Positions 25,882 through 28,940 of a stretch of DNA of 28,940 nt are shown in pieces. A model generated the notes under the pieces. That model ran no database searches and had not been told where the DNA came from. It was given only the letters and a program-made list of their open reading frames with translations. A program made the position numbers and the translations under genes. How positions within the stretch are numbered: position 1 is the first letter of the stretch; every line of letters starts with the position of its first letter. The DNA comes from a virus (taxonomy: Duplodnaviria > Caudoviricetes): positions 1 to 28,940 of IMG/VR virus record IMGVR_UViG_3300021963_000507; one strand, 5' to 3'.

Positions 25882-28281
25882 ATGAAAAAAACCATAAGAC
25901 TATCGTCCTTTGCAGAAGAACAAGCATTACGTGCTGGGGATTTTAGTCTTATGCCTAGGAATCCATCACCGCCTTATATACTATCTCAACCAATAAAAAA
26001 CTTTCAACAGTTTACTTGGATTGAGGGTTTAATTGATGGTAGTTTAAAATATCAAACTGTCAATCCAGTATTTGATACTATCAATATGCTAAAAGGTACT
26101 TCTTTTAGTTTTGAGATTCGTGTAGCTGATCCATCAAATGTGAATAACCCAAACGACACATCAAACCTTTCTTTCAGATGGAAGCGTAACGAGGCTCCTA
26201 TATATGATCTTAATAGTCTTAACGGTGGAGTAGGTACTCCAGCTGCGTTAGTCGAAGAACAATCATCAACACCTAATCTATCAGGAAGATATATCTGCGA
26301 AGTGTTCAACCAATTTGGCTCTATAGAATCGGTACCATTTGATGTTAATATTATTGATCCACTTAAACACCCACTTCTCTATAAAAATCTATTACGCAAT
26401 GGTGATGGTGATGGTGGTTTAGATGGTTGGACTGCCAGTCCAGATGTGAAGATTCAACCGTTTGTAAACGACACATCTTTAATTAAAGGTTTTGGTAGTT
26501 TTAGATTTGCAAACTTACCACTGATTGATTTTAATAAAGAAACCACTGGAGCAGTTGCAATGGAGTTTTTCTTTTCAAATGCTTCTCATTGGGGTTTGTT
26601 TTTCAACTGGTATAATAAGCGTTTGAAAAACGATCCAACAATGACCAATATCAATCTTACCTCAACATCGCTGGGTATTTTGGATGACGGTGAGCGTTGG
26701 ATATCAGAAGGTGTGGTTCCGCAAATTGTACCTAACGAGGATTATGTAAGATCAGAATTTGCCGCTTTCTTTCCAGGTATTGCTTGGATGGATGAATATA
26801 ACAAAAATAATAAGACTATTGGACTTTATGCAGAGTTCAAAGATTTTACACCAACCTACTTCACAAGAGATAAGTTAAAATTTGCAAAGTTTGGTGGAAG
26901 CGATATATCAACACTATCACAAACTGTTGATATAATCGATTTGGCAGATTTTGTTGATGGAAATGTTTATGGGGTAAAGTATTCAACTGCTCAGTTTTTT
27001 GCATATGTTGGAGCTGGTCTTACAGACTATAAAATTAAAGTTCAAACTCTTGATGGTGAAAAAGTGTTTAACTATAATATAGCTGACTCAGAGCAAATGT
27101 ACGATCACATTGTTCAAGAGAAAAATGCAGCTTTTCCTCAGGTATTTGAAGAAGCTCAAGGTCGAGCAAAATACACATTGATTCCAGGAACGCCTATTGA
27201 AATTATACCACAGTGTTATGATAGAACTACAATAAAGTTATCATTTATAGATGATAGAGGTTTTGTAAGAAAGGAAGAGGTTATTAATGGTCCTAACGAG
27301 TTAGATTTATGGGCTATCAAAGAGAAGGCATTTTTTCCAATAACTCTTTTTGGATTATATGAGTTTATTAAACCCAATAACAACGATATTGTAGTATTTG
27401 GACAAAAGTATACAAACACTGACGCAATAGCTTTGATGTTTGATACAGAGAAGTCTGGTATTTTTAGTAAGGGTGTAGATCACGAACCATACACAGAAAG
27501 CACATTGCGAGACGTAGCTGCTAGATTTTTTGCAAATAAATACGATTTTACTAGACATGGAACAGCTTATCCTGGAGATGTATGGTTTGGTAAAAAATAT
27601 TCACAAGATAATAAATTTTACTATCGTGCGATCCCAGATCATGGTGCTGCAGCAATGTTTGGTGTTGGTAAGGATATAACCATTCCAACAAAGACAAGAT
27701 CAATTCGTGTAGATATTACATTCAAACACACTTCAGATATTTTACTAGACGTTGATCCAAACCTTAAAGGTTGGACAGAGCAAGAAATTTATACAGATGA
27801 GTATGGACAGAGCACTGGTTTGAGCCGCCGTCTTATCGAGTATGGAAATCCTCGTTGTGGTATTACAAAAATGAAACTACTAATAGCTCCTAACGATCTT
27901 GCAGTATCTGAGGAGTTTGCTAGCTATAGAATACCGCCACAAGACGGTACAGTGTTAGGTCTACAAAAGCGTAGATATCAAAATCCAGCTGCATTCAATA
28001 CTGCAGATGCATCTACATTCACTTACACACTAATACAACCTGACGGAATGCCAATAGCGCCAGTCATAAATGATCCGTTTATATTAGCTAAAAATCAAGA
28101 GAGCTATGTTAATCGTATACAAGAAGAAAACGATAAGGCTGCTCAATTAGTATCATCAAGTATACCAGATCCTGAAATGGATGAAGCTGAAATCTTAGCT
28201 AGAGAGGATCTTGATCGTGCAGCTGGAGATTATAGTTTAGGATTGTACATACCTGAGAATCTAGATGAGAGTAACTTGTAA
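25882..28281 (+). CDS. Paralogue of the preceding protein: Ig-like plus carbohydrate-binding-like domain
   Basis: FRWKRN and SGRYICEVFN.FG, then KNLLRNGDG.GGLDGW, YFTR, SQTVDI, TRSIRVDITF. Confidence 0.65.
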   Translation: MKKTIRLSSFAEEQALRAGDFSLMPRNPSPPYILSQPIKNFQQFTWIEGLIDGSLKYQTVNPVFDTINMLKGTSFSFEIRVADPSNVNNPNDTSNLSFRWKRNEAPIYDLNSLNGGVGTPAALVEEQSSTPNLSGRYICEVFNQFGSIESVPFDVNIIDPLKHPLLYKNLLRNGDGDGGLDGWTASPDVKIQPFVNDTSLIKGFGSFRFANLPLIDFNKETTGAVAMEFFFSNASHWGLFFNWYNKRLKNDPTMTNINLTSTSLGILDDGERWISEGVVPQIVPNEDYVRSEFAAFFPGIAWMDEYNKNNKTIGLYAEFKDFTPTYFTRDKLKFAKFGGSDISTLSQTVDIIDLADFVDGNVYGVKYSTAQFFAYVGAGLTDYKIKVQTLDGEKVFNYNIADSEQMYDHIVQEKNAAFPQVFEEAQGRAKYTLIPGTPIEIIPQCYDRTTIKLSFIDDRGFVRKEEVINGPNELDLWAIKEKAFFPITLFGLYEFIKPNNNDIVVFGQKYTNTDAIALMFDTEKSGIFSKGVDHEPYTESTLRDVAARFFANKYDFTRHGTAYPGDVWFGKKYSQDNKFYYRAIPDHGAAAMFGVGKDITIPTKTRSIRVDITFKHTSDILLDVDPNLKGWTEQEIYTDEYGQSTGLSRRLIEYGNPRCGITKMKLLIAPNDLAVSEEFASYRIPPQDGTVLGLQKRRYQNPAAFNTADASTFTYTLIQPDGMPIAPVINDPFILAKNQESYVNRIQEENDKAAQLVSSSIPDPEMDEAEILAREDLDRAAGDYSLGLYIPENLDESNL

Positions 28282-28298
28282 TAAGTTTACAATCATCA

Positions 28299-28314
28299 TA
28301 TTTATATAAAAACA
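28299..28314 (+). promoter_or_regulatory. Putative late promoter
   Basis: TATTTATATAAAAACA just before GTG 28316. Confidence 0.65.
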
Positions 28315-28315
28315 C

Positions 28316-28940
28316 GTGGCTAAAAACATAATCAACATTCCGGCTAAAAATATTGAAGCTTCACAAGTTGAATCTTCACTAGGGAGTGCTATCAAAACAA
28401 AGTTAGTCAAGAGTTTAGAGGATCAAATATCACAGGATGCTTACGTAACACTGGCAGAAAAGCAAAAGGAAGTAAACCCACAACAAACTGTAGTTAAGTC
28501 CTTTGGTTCTTACAATGGTGGAATAGCTAACTATCCAAACGATGTTATTCGTTTAGATATAGAAAACGCAAACAACCAATATCTAGAATCAAATTATCGT
28601 GTTGATGGTTTTACACAATCCAACAACGAAATAACACTTGATCCAGAAAAAAACCTAAGTGACCTAAATTACATCTCAGGTAAGTATAAAGTTACCTACG
28701 CTTTTCATCGTAACCTTTTAGGTTCTGGAGATGGTCACAAGTTGCAAATTCAAGAGATTAGTGCTGATGGATTAGAGATACGAGTTATTCCTGCTATATC
28801 GAATACCATATCCAATGTTGACTTTCTGGATTTTTTTGCTGATAGTTTCTTTAAACTTCCTAAGAGTCAAACATTAACAAACTTATTCTTATTTAAAGAT
28901 GCAAATACATCAATGCGTGTATTTGACTATGTACAAGATA
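28316..28940 (+). CDS. Partial structural gene running off the window, not in the ORF track
   Basis: GTG start, MAKNIINIPAKNIEASQ...SGKYKVTYAFHRNLLGS...IQEISADGLEIRV, open to the window end. Confidence 0.8.
   Translation, partial: MAKNIINIPAKNIEASQVESSLGSAIKTKLVKSLEDQISQDAYVTLAEKQKEVNPQQTVVKSFGSYNGGIANYPNDVIRLDIENANNQYLESNYRVDGFTQSNNEITLDPEKNLSDLNYISGKYKVTYAFHRNLLGSGDGHKLQIQEISADGLEIRVIPAISNTISNVDFLDFFADSFFKLPKSQTLTNLFLFKDANTSMRVFDYVQD

Overview
All supported genes lie on the + strand of an AT-rich, densely packed window that reads as part of a large contractile-tailed (myovirus-like) phage genome in the standard genetic code. The host is probably Bacteroidota, inferred from GTTG-N20-TAnnTTT(G/A) promoters and A-rich leaders without Shine-Dalgarno sites. 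Left to right: (1) 1-2786, a cluster of signal-peptide proteins (two beta-barrel-like proteins, a C-type lectin plus dockerin-like protein, a CsgG-like protein, an HExxH protease). (2) 2972-4421, two lysins. (3) 4418-6273, a zincin-like protein, an HPRT and a small membrane protein. (4) 6322-7815, an RNA island with a tmRNA, a ~0.9 kb highly structured GOLLD-like RNA behind an rrn-like boxB/boxA leader, and an initiator-type tRNA-Met. (5) 7859-11392, small genes, an HD hydrolase and a gp55-like sigma factor. (6) 11430-end, a baseplate module with an apparently split gp5-like spike, GH108 and M15B hydrolases, gp25 and gp6 homologues and two paralogous Ig plus lectin-like proteins. The best candidates for undescribed biology are the RNA island and the secreted lectin/dockerin/CsgG-like module. 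All family calls come from motif recognition by eye; no database search or folding was run.
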